From assembly GCA_964417635.1 (NCBI GenBank), contig CAYQIY010000005.1, positions 14,070 through 78,069 of the forward strand: a DNA stretch of 64,000 nucleotides, given 5' to 3'. The notes under the pieces are model-generated. The model saw nothing but the letters and a program-made list of their open reading frames with translations. It had not been told where the DNA came from and did not search any database. The position numbers and the translations under genes are program-made. How positions within the stretch are numbered: position 1 is the stretch's first letter; every line of letters starts with the position of its first letter. Shown here in pieces: positions 20,061 to 29,127 of the stretch. This DNA comes from an uncultured Pseudomonadota bacterium. Its GTDB lineage: Bacteria; Bacillota; Sulfobacillia; JAUYEF01.

Positions 20061-20501
20061 ATGATACCGCGCCGACCCAAACCCCGACTTGTCGAGTTCA
20101 TGCCATTGGCGACATATTTCAAGCCTGCAGGTATGCCGCTTTACTCATCGGATGAAGTCACGCTTGGAGTTGATGAACTCGAGGCGATCAGGCTGAAAGA
20201 CTGTGAAGGGCTCAACCAGGATGAATGTGCGGCTCGAATGAATCTTTCGCAAAGCGGTTTTCAGCGAGTCTTGACCGCAGGAAGACACAAAGTCGCCAGG
20301 GCGCTTGTGTTAGGGCACTCAATTCGTATAGAAGGCGGCAGTTTCGACCTGGTTCCGCCTATGCGTGTGTGCACCGACTGCGGCGCCAACTGGCGAGCTA
20401 AGTCAAGAGAACGCTTGAACGAGCAAGCACAGTGCCCCAAGTGCGGCAGCACCGCTGTTTCGTCCAGGTGTCCGCGTAAAGCTCCGCGAAGGTTCTTCTA
20501 G
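20061..20501 (+). CDS. DUF134 (UPF0251) predicted DNA-binding protein with C-terminal zinc ribbon
   Basis: MIPRRPKPRLVEF..YFKPAGMPL..LEAIRLKDCEGLNQDECAARMNLSQSGFQRVL matches DUF134 pattern; CTDC..CPKC zinc ribbon; start at internal ATG 20061 after GGGAGTG. Confidence 0.7.
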   Translation: MIPRRPKPRLVEFMPLATYFKPAGMPLYSSDEVTLGVDELEAIRLKDCEGLNQDECAARMNLSQSGFQRVLTAGRHKVARALVLGHSIRIEGGSFDLVPPMRVCTDCGANWRAKSRERLNEQAQCPKCGSTAVSSRCPRKAPRRFF

Positions 20502-20783
20502 ATTCGAGTCCAAGAACCAATATGCCGGGTGCCATCACAGAGATGCAACACAACCCTCTGATGGTATCCGGCTTTTGCCTGCCCATTGCGCTCTGAATAT
20601 ACACAAAAAGACGACTGATGATGCGGAATACGCCAAAACACTAGTGCCATTTTGATTGATATAAGACACAGTATACTTCATTTGTGGTATATAACACAAT
20701 AGATATTTATACAGCTGATTATAAGTAATATTAGTTAATAGTACAAAGGTACCCACGGCTGTTGCCACAAACCCTCACAAGCA

Positions 20784-20798
20784 TTAGCACAGTGCTAA
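20784..20798. promoter_or_regulatory. 15-bp palindrome TTAGCAC-A-GTGCTAA immediately upstream of RBS of membrane-protein operon
   Basis: Seen directly; follows an AT-rich promoter-like stretch 20590-20760. Confidence 0.35.
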
Positions 20799-20822
20799 AG
20801 AACACTTGGGAGGTGGATTGTA

Positions 20823-21575
20823 TTGGCGCAGGGTCGAGTGGGCATCTTTGTGTTTTTACTCGCTTTTCTTGCTGTCGCGTTCATATGGATGGACTCGGCA
20901 AAGAAGGGCAAGCGGCCCAAGGTCAGGCGGATCGCCGCGCTCGAGGCTATCGAGGAGGCGGCCGGACGTGCCACGGAAATGGGTCGGCCCATACATATGA
21001 CGTTTGGGAGTGGTGAACTGAGCGCGCCCGTGCTTGCAGGACTGCAGGTCTTGAGTGCAGTGGCAGGAGCGTGCGCGAGGCTCGGCACGAATCTCTACGT
21101 TTCGGTGTGTAGGTCAGAGACGTATCCGATGGCGCAAGAGATCATGAGGATAGCGTACGCTCAAGAATCCAAACTTGAAGAGTACAAGCCCGACAACGTG
21201 CGTTTCTTCTCCGAGGCACAGCAGGGCTACACGGCAGGTGTACTCGAGCTGATGGAGACGCAGAAGGTGGCGGGCAACTTCATGGTAGGCAACATGCTTG
21301 CCGAGTCCATCACGTTTGCCGAAACAGGCAACAGACTCGGGGCGATACAGCTCGGCGGCGGCGCTGCAGACGCGATGTTCTTGGCGACATGCGACTACGT
21401 GCTGCTGGGGGACGAACTGTATGCGGCCGCGGCAGACATCTCAGGTGACGCCAACCAGATGGCGTTTCTCACAGCAGAAGAAGCTGGCAAGTACTTGCTG
21501 CTGGGGTTGATCGTTCTTGGCAGTGTGATGACTACTCTGGGTAACCAAGCTCTGGTCAACCTTATCAGAAGGTAA
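20823..21575 (+). CDS. hypothetical bitopic membrane protein (N- and C-terminal TM, ~200-aa soluble domain)
   Basis: TTG start 6 nt after GGGAGGTGG; no recognised family. Confidence 0.55.
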   Translation: MAQGRVGIFVFLLAFLAVAFIWMDSAKKGKRPKVRRIAALEAIEEAAGRATEMGRPIHMTFGSGELSAPVLAGLQVLSAVAGACARLGTNLYVSVCRSETYPMAQEIMRIAYAQESKLEEYKPDNVRFFSEAQQGYTAGVLELMETQKVAGNFMVGNMLAESITFAETGNRLGAIQLGGGAADAMFLATCDYVLLGDELYAAAADISGDANQMAFLTAEEAGKYLLLGLIVLGSVMTTLGNQALVNLIRR

Positions 21576-21602
21576 CACAGCCGTTAGTAGGAGGTGGAAT
21601 GA

Positions 21603-22229
21603 TTGTTCATTAGAAAGCAGCTACCCGTTCTAGTGGGCTTTGTCGGCGGGATCATCGTGCTCGGAGGCTTCTTCTTGACCGACCCCAGTTTGCGTAAGGC
21701 CGCTTCAACGGTAGTATCATGGCGCACTACGCTCGCCGCTTTTGCACTTGTACTCGGCGCGATGAACTTGGTGAAGGTGAACTGGAATCGGGCTTCGGCG
21801 GGAAAGCCAATCGATAGGCTTGCTGGCCTGGCGCTTCTGGTGCCGCTCGTAATAATGGTAGTGATCGGTCTTACTTCCGGCACCACTGCCAAAGTGTACG
21901 CTTACATGTACGATAACGTATACCGTTCTGGCGCAGCGACTGTGTTTTCTCTCAACGCGTTCTTCGTTGTGTCCGCTGCTTACCGCGCTTTTAGAATACG
22001 CAATGCCCACGCCGCTCTGTTTATGGTAGCAGGGCTCATAGCAGTGCTTGGGCCAGCTTCGATAGGCGCATACCTCTGGGGTCAGCTGCCTGTTATTGCC
22101 GACTGGGTGCTCAAAGTGCCTTCGATGGGAGCCACTCGAGGGTTTGAGATCGGGCTTGCACTCGGCATAGTGAGCATGGGCGCGAGGACTCTGCTTGGTA
22201 TCGAGCGTGGCTACTTTGGCGGGGAATAG
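21603..22229 (+). CDS. hypothetical 6-TM membrane protein
   Basis: Six hydrophobic helices; RBS AGGAGGTGG upstream; no recognised family. Confidence 0.55.
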   Translation: MFIRKQLPVLVGFVGGIIVLGGFFLTDPSLRKAASTVVSWRTTLAAFALVLGAMNLVKVNWNRASAGKPIDRLAGLALLVPLVIMVVIGLTSGTTAKVYAYMYDNVYRSGAATVFSLNAFFVVSAAYRAFRIRNAHAALFMVAGLIAVLGPASIGAYLWGQLPVIADWVLKVPSMGATRGFEIGLALGIVSMGARTLLGIERGYFGGE

Positions 22230-22259
22230 TAACTGGCTAGCACGAAGGGGGATGTACCT

Positions 22260-23099
22260 TTGGAAAAGCGAGATATATGGTCGACTCTGAGCCGGATCGA
22301 CGCAAAACTGTTATACGCACTATTGGCAGTGTTCATCATCGTTCCGCTCATAAAGCCGCTAGGATTGCCGATGTCGATACCTGCGGAAACTCGTGCGGCT
22401 TACGATTTCATCGATGCACTGCCTGACGGCTCGCTTGTGTTGTTGTCTGTTGGGACTGACCCGCAGACAGAAGCCGAGACTTGGGCTCAGGCAATTGCGA
22501 TGGGTAGACACTTGTTGTCCAAGAAATGCAATCTTGTACTGATGTCGGTCAACTCAGTGGGGCAGCCTTACGCAGAACGGCTCGCAAGTATACTGCAAGA
22601 AGAGTTCGGGCTCGAGTACGGACAGGATATATGCGTGCTCGGATTCAGGGCAGGTGAAGAGACCGCAGTCGCAGGCTTTGCGGGTGACTTCCTAACACTC
22701 TACAACGCTGATTATAAGGGCGCGCCCGTAAAAGAATTGCCCATGCTAAAAGGCGTGAGTTCTGCGGCAGATTTCAAACTCATCATCGACTACCAGTACA
22801 AGGCGTCCGCGATTTGGTTCGCCAGACACGTCGGCGGGCCCCACAAAGTTCCGGTAATCGCCGGAAGCCGCGCCTCAAGCGCGCCCAATATGATGCCGTA
22901 TTACGCATCAGGTGACTTTAAAGGAGTGCTACCCGGCATTCAGGGTGGTGCGGCATACGAACGTCTACTCCAGAGGCCTGACCAGGCCACAAAGGGTCTG
23001 GATGCTCAGTCCATGGGCCTCATACTTGTAATCTTGAGTGTGCTTATAGGAAACGTAGCAACGGTGATGGGTGCGCAGGCCAAGTCCAAGAAAGCCTGA
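22260..23099 (+). CDS. hypothetical bitopic membrane protein (N-terminal TM, ~220-aa soluble domain, C-terminal TM)
   Basis: Same architecture class as 20823..21575; RBS GAAGGGGGA. Confidence 0.55.
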   Translation: MEKRDIWSTLSRIDAKLLYALLAVFIIVPLIKPLGLPMSIPAETRAAYDFIDALPDGSLVLLSVGTDPQTEAETWAQAIAMGRHLLSKKCNLVLMSVNSVGQPYAERLASILQEEFGLEYGQDICVLGFRAGEETAVAGFAGDFLTLYNADYKGAPVKELPMLKGVSSAADFKLIIDYQYKASAIWFARHVGGPHKVPVIAGSRASSAPNMMPYYASGDFKGVLPGIQGGAAYERLLQRPDQATKGLDAQSMGLILVILSVLIGNVATVMGAQAKSKKA

Positions 23100-23133
23100 A
23101 GAGGCCATTTCCAAGTGTAGGGAGGTTTAGTAC

Positions 23134-23754
23134 TTGAACATAAGTACTGAGTTAACAGTATGGATCGCGGCGCTCATGACATTAGGTGTCTACAGTTTCG
23201 CGTTCGGGGATAACCCAGTATACAGAATCATCTCAAACCTGTTCGTCGGTGTGGCCGGCGGCCACTCAATAGTGGTTGGTTTCCTGCACCTGAGGAATGC
23301 GGCCTGGTTTCCGCTCGTACGAGACGCGCAGCTTCTGCAGCTGATACCCATCATAGGCGGAGTGCTGCTGCTCACGAGGCTACTGCCGGACAAGCGAGTG
23401 TCCGTGCTCGGCAGAGTGAGTCTTGGGTTCATGGGCGCTGTATCAGGCGTGGTATCGATGCAGGGCGCACTTGAGACAAACCTTCTCAGGCAGGTCGTGG
23501 CGACCATGAACCTCAGGTTGGACAACTTGAATAATATCATCATACTGGTTGCCACCGTGTGTACTCTTGTTTACTTCCTGTTCTTGCACCAAGGCAAGTA
23601 CAGCAAGGTGATAAACCCCATCAGTGAGGTCGGCAAATACGCGATGATGGTAAGCTTCGGCTACATATTCGGAGCAGGTATTGCCGGTACGATGACACTG
23701 CTTGTCGGCCGCATGCAGTTCTTGGTCGGGCAGTGGCTGGGGATAGGGCTGTAA
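23134..23754 (+). CDS. hypothetical 6-TM membrane protein (same architecture as 21603..22229)
   Basis: Six hydrophobic helices; RBS GGGAGG. Confidence 0.55.
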   Translation: MNISTELTVWIAALMTLGVYSFAFGDNPVYRIISNLFVGVAGGHSIVVGFLHLRNAAWFPLVRDAQLLQLIPIIGGVLLLTRLLPDKRVSVLGRVSLGFMGAVSGVVSMQGALETNLLRQVVATMNLRLDNLNNIIILVATVCTLVYFLFLHQGKYSKVINPISEVGKYAMMVSFGYIFGAGIAGTMTLLVGRMQFLVGQWLGIGL

Positions 23755-23788
23755 GCACAAGACGCTAGTGAGCATTGACTGAAAAGGA

Positions 23789-25399
23789 GTGGATCCAGTG
23801 CTTGACCGCAACAGCAAGTTGAATCGCCCACTGTTCGTGACTGAACCGGTAACACCAATGGATGTGCACACCAGAGTGTGGCGCGAGCGCGCCGAGAATG
23901 CGCCGAAAGACCCGTTCGACAGGTATGCGTTCTACACATCGCGGAGCATATTCGTAAGACACCCTGAGATTTACCTCCGCGCTGACAGGCGCTTCCACAA
24001 GCACGTGTCGAGCGTGCCGGGTTACCACAACGCGTACCTCGAGGACGATCGCGAGAGCAGAGAGTTCTTGCCACATTCGCAGTATTACCGGTCTGCCCCG
24101 TTCAGCCTAGACCTGTTCCCCTGGGATAAGACCAAGACGGTTACTTCATACTCGCGGTTGCTGCCCGATAGATATCCGTTCTTGCCTGTGCTCGACACTC
24201 GGATGCTGCCTTGTGCAACCACACTGAAGACGACCAACAAGACGGTCACCGAATTGGAAATGGCCGCAATACGCTTTCTTAAGGCGTGCGAGCAGAGCGG
24301 CTCATCCGACGACGTGTTTGTGTTGTACTCTGAAGACGGTCTTGCATGGGTGTGGCACGATAGCGCATTGTACTGTGCGGCTACAGGAAAGCAAGTCGAG
24401 GGTACCAAAGGCAAGATAATCCTCGTGATGAACGACCGTACCGCTTGGTACCCGCTCATGAAGCGAACCGAGGCAGATGCACGGCTCACGGCAGTGCTGC
24501 AAGCACTCGGACTTCGTGCCGAAGAGTGTGTGCCAAAGCTCACCCAAGAAGAACAGGCGTTGCTGCCCAAGGTCGCGAAAGCAACCGCTCTCAGCAGCTC
24601 AAAACAGGAAGCGGCGGCGACGATAGCCGCGGTCAGAAGCACGGGCAGATACACACGCTGGTTCGAGTTCCACACGCTGTGGGATGAGATAATGCCAGCG
24701 AGCAAGGAACGAGCGTGGCAGTACTACGGTTTCATGGAGCAGTTCATGATACGCGCGAATAGCCTGAGCCCCATAGTGGCATACATGGCTTCTTGCGCAA
24801 CAAATGTTGAGGGCTACAACAAGATTCTCAGCATAGACAGGGAATGGATTGATCTTGCGGCGTTGCCTAACCGCAACTACGTGTGGGGGCACTTGTGGGA
24901 CGAGTGTCTGGTCGAGTATACCGTAGACGAGTCGGCTAGGATGAACGCGGCGCACTGCATGGCGCAGGCGTGTATCATAAGCGCTGTGCTTGAACTCGCA
25001 GACATAGATCATTACCTGCTTGAGGGAGAGGTTCCAGGCTCGCACCACTACGTGTTTGTGCCGGATTTCGAGTTCACCTTCGATAACGGCAAGCTGCAGT
25101 CATCGCAGAACACGATCCACTGGAACGGACCTCGGGGAAACAAGGTGATTGCCAGATTCCACTACAAGGGCAAGTTCTCTTCGCCTATTGCGGGTGGGCA
25201 TTACTCAGGTAGCTTCTCGCCTAAAGAGGCGGTCGAAGTGTTGAAGAGGCTTCAGTCGTTCTACAACGATCGCATACCTGTGTACAAGAATGGCGAGCAC
25301 GAGACCAAGAAGCCAAGGATGGACATGAACAGGATTCCTGTTACAGAGAAGTTCGAGATCTTGCTTGACGAGGAATGGGAAGAGCTGCGCTTGCCCTAG
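23789..25399 (+). CDS. hypothetical soluble protein, 536 aa, unknown family (possible Cys/His/Asp transglutaminase-like core near residues 385-420)
   Basis: 35-nt gap after membrane genes; motif AAHCMAQACIISAVLEL...SHHYVFVPDFEF is only reminiscent of TGase-like fold. Confidence 0.5.
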   Translation: MDPVLDRNSKLNRPLFVTEPVTPMDVHTRVWRERAENAPKDPFDRYAFYTSRSIFVRHPEIYLRADRRFHKHVSSVPGYHNAYLEDDRESREFLPHSQYYRSAPFSLDLFPWDKTKTVTSYSRLLPDRYPFLPVLDTRMLPCATTLKTTNKTVTELEMAAIRFLKACEQSGSSDDVFVLYSEDGLAWVWHDSALYCAATGKQVEGTKGKIILVMNDRTAWYPLMKRTEADARLTAVLQALGLRAEECVPKLTQEEQALLPKVAKATALSSSKQEAAATIAAVRSTGRYTRWFEFHTLWDEIMPASKERAWQYYGFMEQFMIRANSLSPIVAYMASCATNVEGYNKILSIDREWIDLAALPNRNYVWGHLWDECLVEYTVDESARMNAAHCMAQACIISAVLELADIDHYLLEGEVPGSHHYVFVPDFEFTFDNGKLQSSQNTIHWNGPRGNKVIARFHYKGKFSSPIAGGHYSGSFSPKEAVEVLKRLQSFYNDRIPVYKNGEHETKKPRMDMNRIPVTEKFEILLDEEWEELRLP

Positions 25400-25416
25400 G
25401 CAGAGTATCCCTGATA

Positions 25417-25444
25417 CTGAGGCCGGGTTTTTGCCCGGCCTCAG
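25417..25444 (+). terminator. 11-bp GC-rich hairpin with U-run in loop (attenuator/partial terminator)
   Basis: CTGAGGCCGGG-tttttg-CCCGGCCTCAG 17 nt after stop of 536-aa gene. Confidence 0.3.
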
Positions 25445-25477
25445 TCTAGACAAGCCGGAAAAGGGGAGATACACGTT

Positions 25478-25855
25478 TTGGATGCCACGTTAAGAGCTAT
25501 CAGGTTGAATGTTAACAAGTACGCCGAGTGTTTGGAGTTTTACCGCGACGTGCTTGGGTTCAAGTTACATTGGGGAGATGACTCGACGCTCATCGCAGAC
25601 TTCATGCTTGGCTCGACCATGCTCGCCATATGCCGGGTTGCACCGAGCGAATCTGGCGCAAGGCGCGGATCTGATGACCGCGTCACAATCGTGCTTCGTG
25701 TCGACGACTTGGACGAAGAATATGCTCGACTGAAGCAAAGAGGAGTTGAATTCGTGACAGAGCCAGAGGACATGCCCGCGTTGCACGTGAGGGGAGCAAG
25801 GTTTCGTGACCCCGAGGGCAATCTGCTGGAGATAAATGTTCGGCTTTCTGGCTAA
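25478..25855 (+). CDS. VOC (glyoxalase/bleomycin-resistance/dioxygenase) family protein
   Basis: 125-aa, paired beta-alpha-beta-beta-beta pattern, TTG start after AAAGGGGAG. Confidence 0.65.
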   Translation: MDATLRAIRLNVNKYAECLEFYRDVLGFKLHWGDDSTLIADFMLGSTMLAICRVAPSESGARRGSDDRVTIVLRVDDLDEEYARLKQRGVEFVTEPEDMPALHVRGARFRDPEGNLLEINVRLSG

Positions 25856-25882
25856 TGCTGAGTAGAGTGGAGGTGACATAAT

Positions 25883-27031
25883 ATGCTTGCGATAGTCAAC
25901 GCGCATGTGCTGCCGGTGTCAGCACCTCCGATCTCCGGCGGCACAGTACTGATTTCCGAAGGGCGTATCGTGGATGTGGGCAAACAGGTGAGCGTACCGG
26001 CATCGGCACAGCTCATAGATGCCGGAGGTCGCACTCTGACTCCTGGACTTATAGATGCACATTCGCATGTTGGGTTAACCGAGATCGGCGTAGGATGGGA
26101 AGGCGCGGACGCTCACGAGAGCGGTGCACCGGTGTCTGCAACCAACAGGGTGCTCGATGGAATAAACCCTCGAGATAACGGGTTCAGTGATCTGGTAAAG
26201 GGCGGCGTCACGTGTGCCAACGTGCTGCCCGGAAGCGCCAGCGTATTATGCGGCGTGGGCGCGGCGGTGAAGTGCACCGGTAGCGTAGCTGATGAGATGC
26301 TTCTGCTTGAGCCGACTTGCGTCAAGGCAGCACTCGGTGAAGTGCCCAAGGCGAGGTTTGGGGCAAAGGGAAGACCGCCTATGACCCGTATGGGAATAGC
26401 AGCCGTGTTGCGTGACGCGCTCTACCGGGCGAAAGAATACGCCGAGAAGAACGAAGCCAAACGAAGATACGACCGTGACACAAGTGTGTTGGCTCTTGTC
26501 ATAAGAAAACAGATTCCGCTCGCGGTGCATGCGCATCGTGCGGACGATATAGCCACGGCCATTCGACTCGCTCGCCAGTTCGACATCCGACTGACAATAG
26601 AGCACGCCACAGAAGCCGACCTTGTGCTGGACATGCTCAAGTGTTGCGGCGCGAGCGTTGCGTTTACACCGGTCGCGCGGCAGCTGATGGCCCCAGAAGC
26701 TCAAAGGCGAGGTTTTGAGGCGCCTGTTCGATGTGCCGAACACGGCATACCGTTCTGCCTTGCAACCGATCATCCTCAGTCCAATGGCAAGTACCTGAGC
26801 GTTTTGGCAGCGCTTGCAGTAGGTTGGGGTATGCAATATGAACAAGCGATACGCGCCATAACACTCGGCGCTGCAGAACACGTGGGTATTTCGGATTGGG
26901 TGGGTTCGATCGAACGCGGAAAGCATGCCGACCTGGTACTCTGGTCGGGAGACCCACTAGAATTCAGCACATTTGCCGACTACACCATCATAGACGGCAG
27001 AGTCGCGTACGCACGGGAGGTGTGCGAATGA
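25883..27031 (+). CDS. metal-dependent amidohydrolase (COG1228-type)
   Basis: GLIDAHSHVGL, HAH.AD, ATDHP motifs. Confidence 0.8.
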   Translation: MLAIVNAHVLPVSAPPISGGTVLISEGRIVDVGKQVSVPASAQLIDAGGRTLTPGLIDAHSHVGLTEIGVGWEGADAHESGAPVSATNRVLDGINPRDNGFSDLVKGGVTCANVLPGSASVLCGVGAAVKCTGSVADEMLLLEPTCVKAALGEVPKARFGAKGRPPMTRMGIAAVLRDALYRAKEYAEKNEAKRRYDRDTSVLALVIRKQIPLAVHAHRADDIATAIRLARQFDIRLTIEHATEADLVLDMLKCCGASVAFTPVARQLMAPEAQRRGFEAPVRCAEHGIPFCLATDHPQSNGKYLSVLAALAVGWGMQYEQAIRAITLGAAEHVGISDWVGSIERGKHADLVLWSGDPLEFSTFADYTIIDGRVAYAREVCE

Positions 27032-28185
27032 GCACTCTTACAGCGTATGTGCACGCAACGATCTACCCTGTAGCAGCACCACCTATATATGACGGCATCA
27101 TGCTTGTGAGAGACGGTAAGATACTGGCGGTTGGAGGAGCCGATTTGGGCATACCGGATGGCGCTGAACTCTGCGATATGAGCGGGCTGTCTGTGATGCC
27201 CGGACTCGTTGATGCGCATTCGCATGTCGGCATCATGGGAGACGGCGAGGGCCAAGCTGCAAACGATTCGAGCGAGAGCGCAGAGCCCGTCAATGCGAAG
27301 ATCCGTGTCATAGACTCGGTAAACCCGCGACAGCGCAGTTTTGCGATGGCGCGTGAAGGTGGAATTACCACCAGTTGCATAATCCCGCTCGGAAACCCCA
27401 TAGCAGGGTTGACGTGCGTGCTTAAGACGGCGGGCGACGTGTTAGACGATATGGTGCTCAAAAACCCTGCCGGACTCAAGTCTGCGCTCGGCGAAGCTCC
27501 GAAGCGTTCGTACGGCCAGAAAAGAGGGCAGCCACCGTTTACCAGGATGGGCATTGCGTGCATGGTCAGGAACTTCCTTGCACAGGCAGAAGAGTACAAC
27601 CGAAGCAAAGCCAAGTCCGGATTCAATGAGTCTCTCGAAAACGGTGCCATGCTGTTCCGCGGTGAGATCCCACTTAGGATTCATGCCCATCGTCAAGACG
27701 ACATAGTGACTGCCGTCAGGATTGCCGAAGAGTTCGGCATTGCGTATCGCATCGAACACTGTACCGAAGGCCATCTTGTTGCGGATTTTCTGGCGCGCCA
27801 CCGTGTAACCGCACACGTGGGGCCGGGCCTGTTCTGCAGGACGGCTCAGGAGTGGGCAAATGCCGATGAGCGCAACGCGGCCATACTTGAGCACACAGGT
27901 GTCAAGGTATGCCTCATAACAGACCATCCGTTCTTAGATAGCAGGTATCTTATGACGTCGGCCGCGATGGTGCACAAGTACGGCATGAGTTTTGCGGGCA
28001 CGCTTCGCTCGATAACATTATCTCCGGCCGAGTCGTTGGGGATAGAGCGTAGAGTGGGTTCGCTCGAACCCGGAAAAGACGCCGACTTTGTGGTACTTAG
28101 TGGAAGGCCGTTTAGTTACAAGAGCGTAATACTAGCAACATACATAAACGGCGTTGCTGTATACCGAAGACCTGAGCAATGCTAG
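27028..28185 (+). CDS. metal-dependent amidohydrolase, tandem paralogue
   Basis: ATGA start/stop overlap with upstream paralogue (translational coupling); GLVDAHSHVGI, ITDHP motifs; ORF-track start 26896 is an upstream extension. Confidence 0.8.
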   Translation: MSTLTAYVHATIYPVAAPPIYDGIMLVRDGKILAVGGADLGIPDGAELCDMSGLSVMPGLVDAHSHVGIMGDGEGQAANDSSESAEPVNAKIRVIDSVNPRQRSFAMAREGGITTSCIIPLGNPIAGLTCVLKTAGDVLDDMVLKNPAGLKSALGEAPKRSYGQKRGQPPFTRMGIACMVRNFLAQAEEYNRSKAKSGFNESLENGAMLFRGEIPLRIHAHRQDDIVTAVRIAEEFGIAYRIEHCTEGHLVADFLARHRVTAHVGPGLFCRTAQEWANADERNAAILEHTGVKVCLITDHPFLDSRYLMTSAAMVHKYGMSFAGTLRSITLSPAESLGIERRVGSLEPGKDADFVVLSGRPFSYKSVILATYINGVAVYRRPEQC

Positions 28186-28209
28186 GCTGCGCCAAGGGGG
28201 GGTTGGTAC

Positions 28210-29073
28210 GTGAAAGGGTACCCGAGTGTCGTACAGGCCAGCATAGTGGTAGCAGAACGTTCGCGTTACCTTAACGCAATGTGGTCAGAATTCGGTCTCT
28301 CGATGCTTCTAGAATGCGGTTACGAATCCGGAGAGACTCGAACTATACTGTTTGACACCTCAACAAGCGGAGAACTGCTGCTACGGAACTTGAAAGCACT
28401 CAACACACCTGTTGAGAGCATAGATTACGTGGTGTTGTCGCACGCGCACTACGACCATACAGGTGGGCTGGCTGACCTAATCGAAGCCGAAGGCTCGAGG
28501 TTTGTGCTTATAGCGCACCCCGAGATTTTAAGGCCTGTATACAGCGTGAGACGCGGTCTCAAATTCATCGGGCTCGAGCCGGAAGTGTTGTGCATGTTGC
28601 CTGAGTCAAGGCTTCTGCTCGCTGAAAACTCGTTTGAGATCATCCCCAAAGTCGCATTCAGCGGTACCATAAGGCGCCAGACAGATTTCGAACAACCAGA
28701 GGTGGGTGTATACACCAAGCAGCATGGCAGATTCGTTGAAGATCCAGAGCTTGACGATGTAGCGCTAGTCATTACGCTTAGTGAGGAAGAAATCGCGGTA
28801 GTGACAGGTTGCAGCCACGCCGGCGTCATAAACACGCTGCTTCATGCGCAGCAGATCTCAGGCAGACAGCGTGTAAGAACGCTTGCGGGAGGATTCCATC
28901 TAGTAGATCTCGAGCAGCACGTTCGCGACAAGACCGTGGATATTCTAGAGCAGATTAACCCTGAGAGCATATACTCTGGCCACTGCACAGGCCAAAATGC
29001 AGAGAGAATGCTAAGTAGCCGGTTCGGCGAGCGGTATACTGCGTTCTACACGGGAGATACGTTCAGGCTGTAG
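28210..29073 (+). CDS. MBL-fold metallo-hydrolase (COG1237-like)
   Basis: HAHYDHTGG zinc-binding motif; GTG start after AAGGGGGGG. Confidence 0.75.
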   Translation: MKGYPSVVQASIVVAERSRYLNAMWSEFGLSMLLECGYESGETRTILFDTSTSGELLLRNLKALNTPVESIDYVVLSHAHYDHTGGLADLIEAEGSRFVLIAHPEILRPVYSVRRGLKFIGLEPEVLCMLPESRLLLAENSFEIIPKVAFSGTIRRQTDFEQPEVGVYTKQHGRFVEDPELDDVALVITLSEEEIAVVTGCSHAGVINTLLHAQQISGRQRVRTLAGGFHLVDLEQHVRDKTVDILEQINPESIYSGHCTGQNAERMLSSRFGERYTAFYTGDTFRL

Positions 29074-29095
29074 TATTGTGTGAGCAGAAGATACT

Positions 29096-29127
29096 GAGCC
29101 TCTTTCCTGATATACGGAAAGAGGCTC
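29096..29127. terminator. bidirectional intrinsic terminator between convergent MBL gene and sensor gene
   Basis: Perfect 12-bp stem GAGCCTCTTTCC-tgatatac-GGAAAGAGGCTC abutting the sensor stop codon. Confidence 0.6.

Noticed and set aside
20823-23754. Interpreting the four membrane proteins as a TRAP or ABC transporter
   Set aside because: There is no DctM-sized 12-TM subunit, no ATPase and no periplasmic binding protein; the 6-TM proteins have no transporter motif I recognise.
26896-27027. N-terminal 44-codon extension of the second amidohydrolase as given in the ORF track
   Set aside because: It overlaps the C-terminus of the upstream paralogue. An internal ATG at 27028 with a GGGAGG RBS and the ATGA overlap gives a canonical start.
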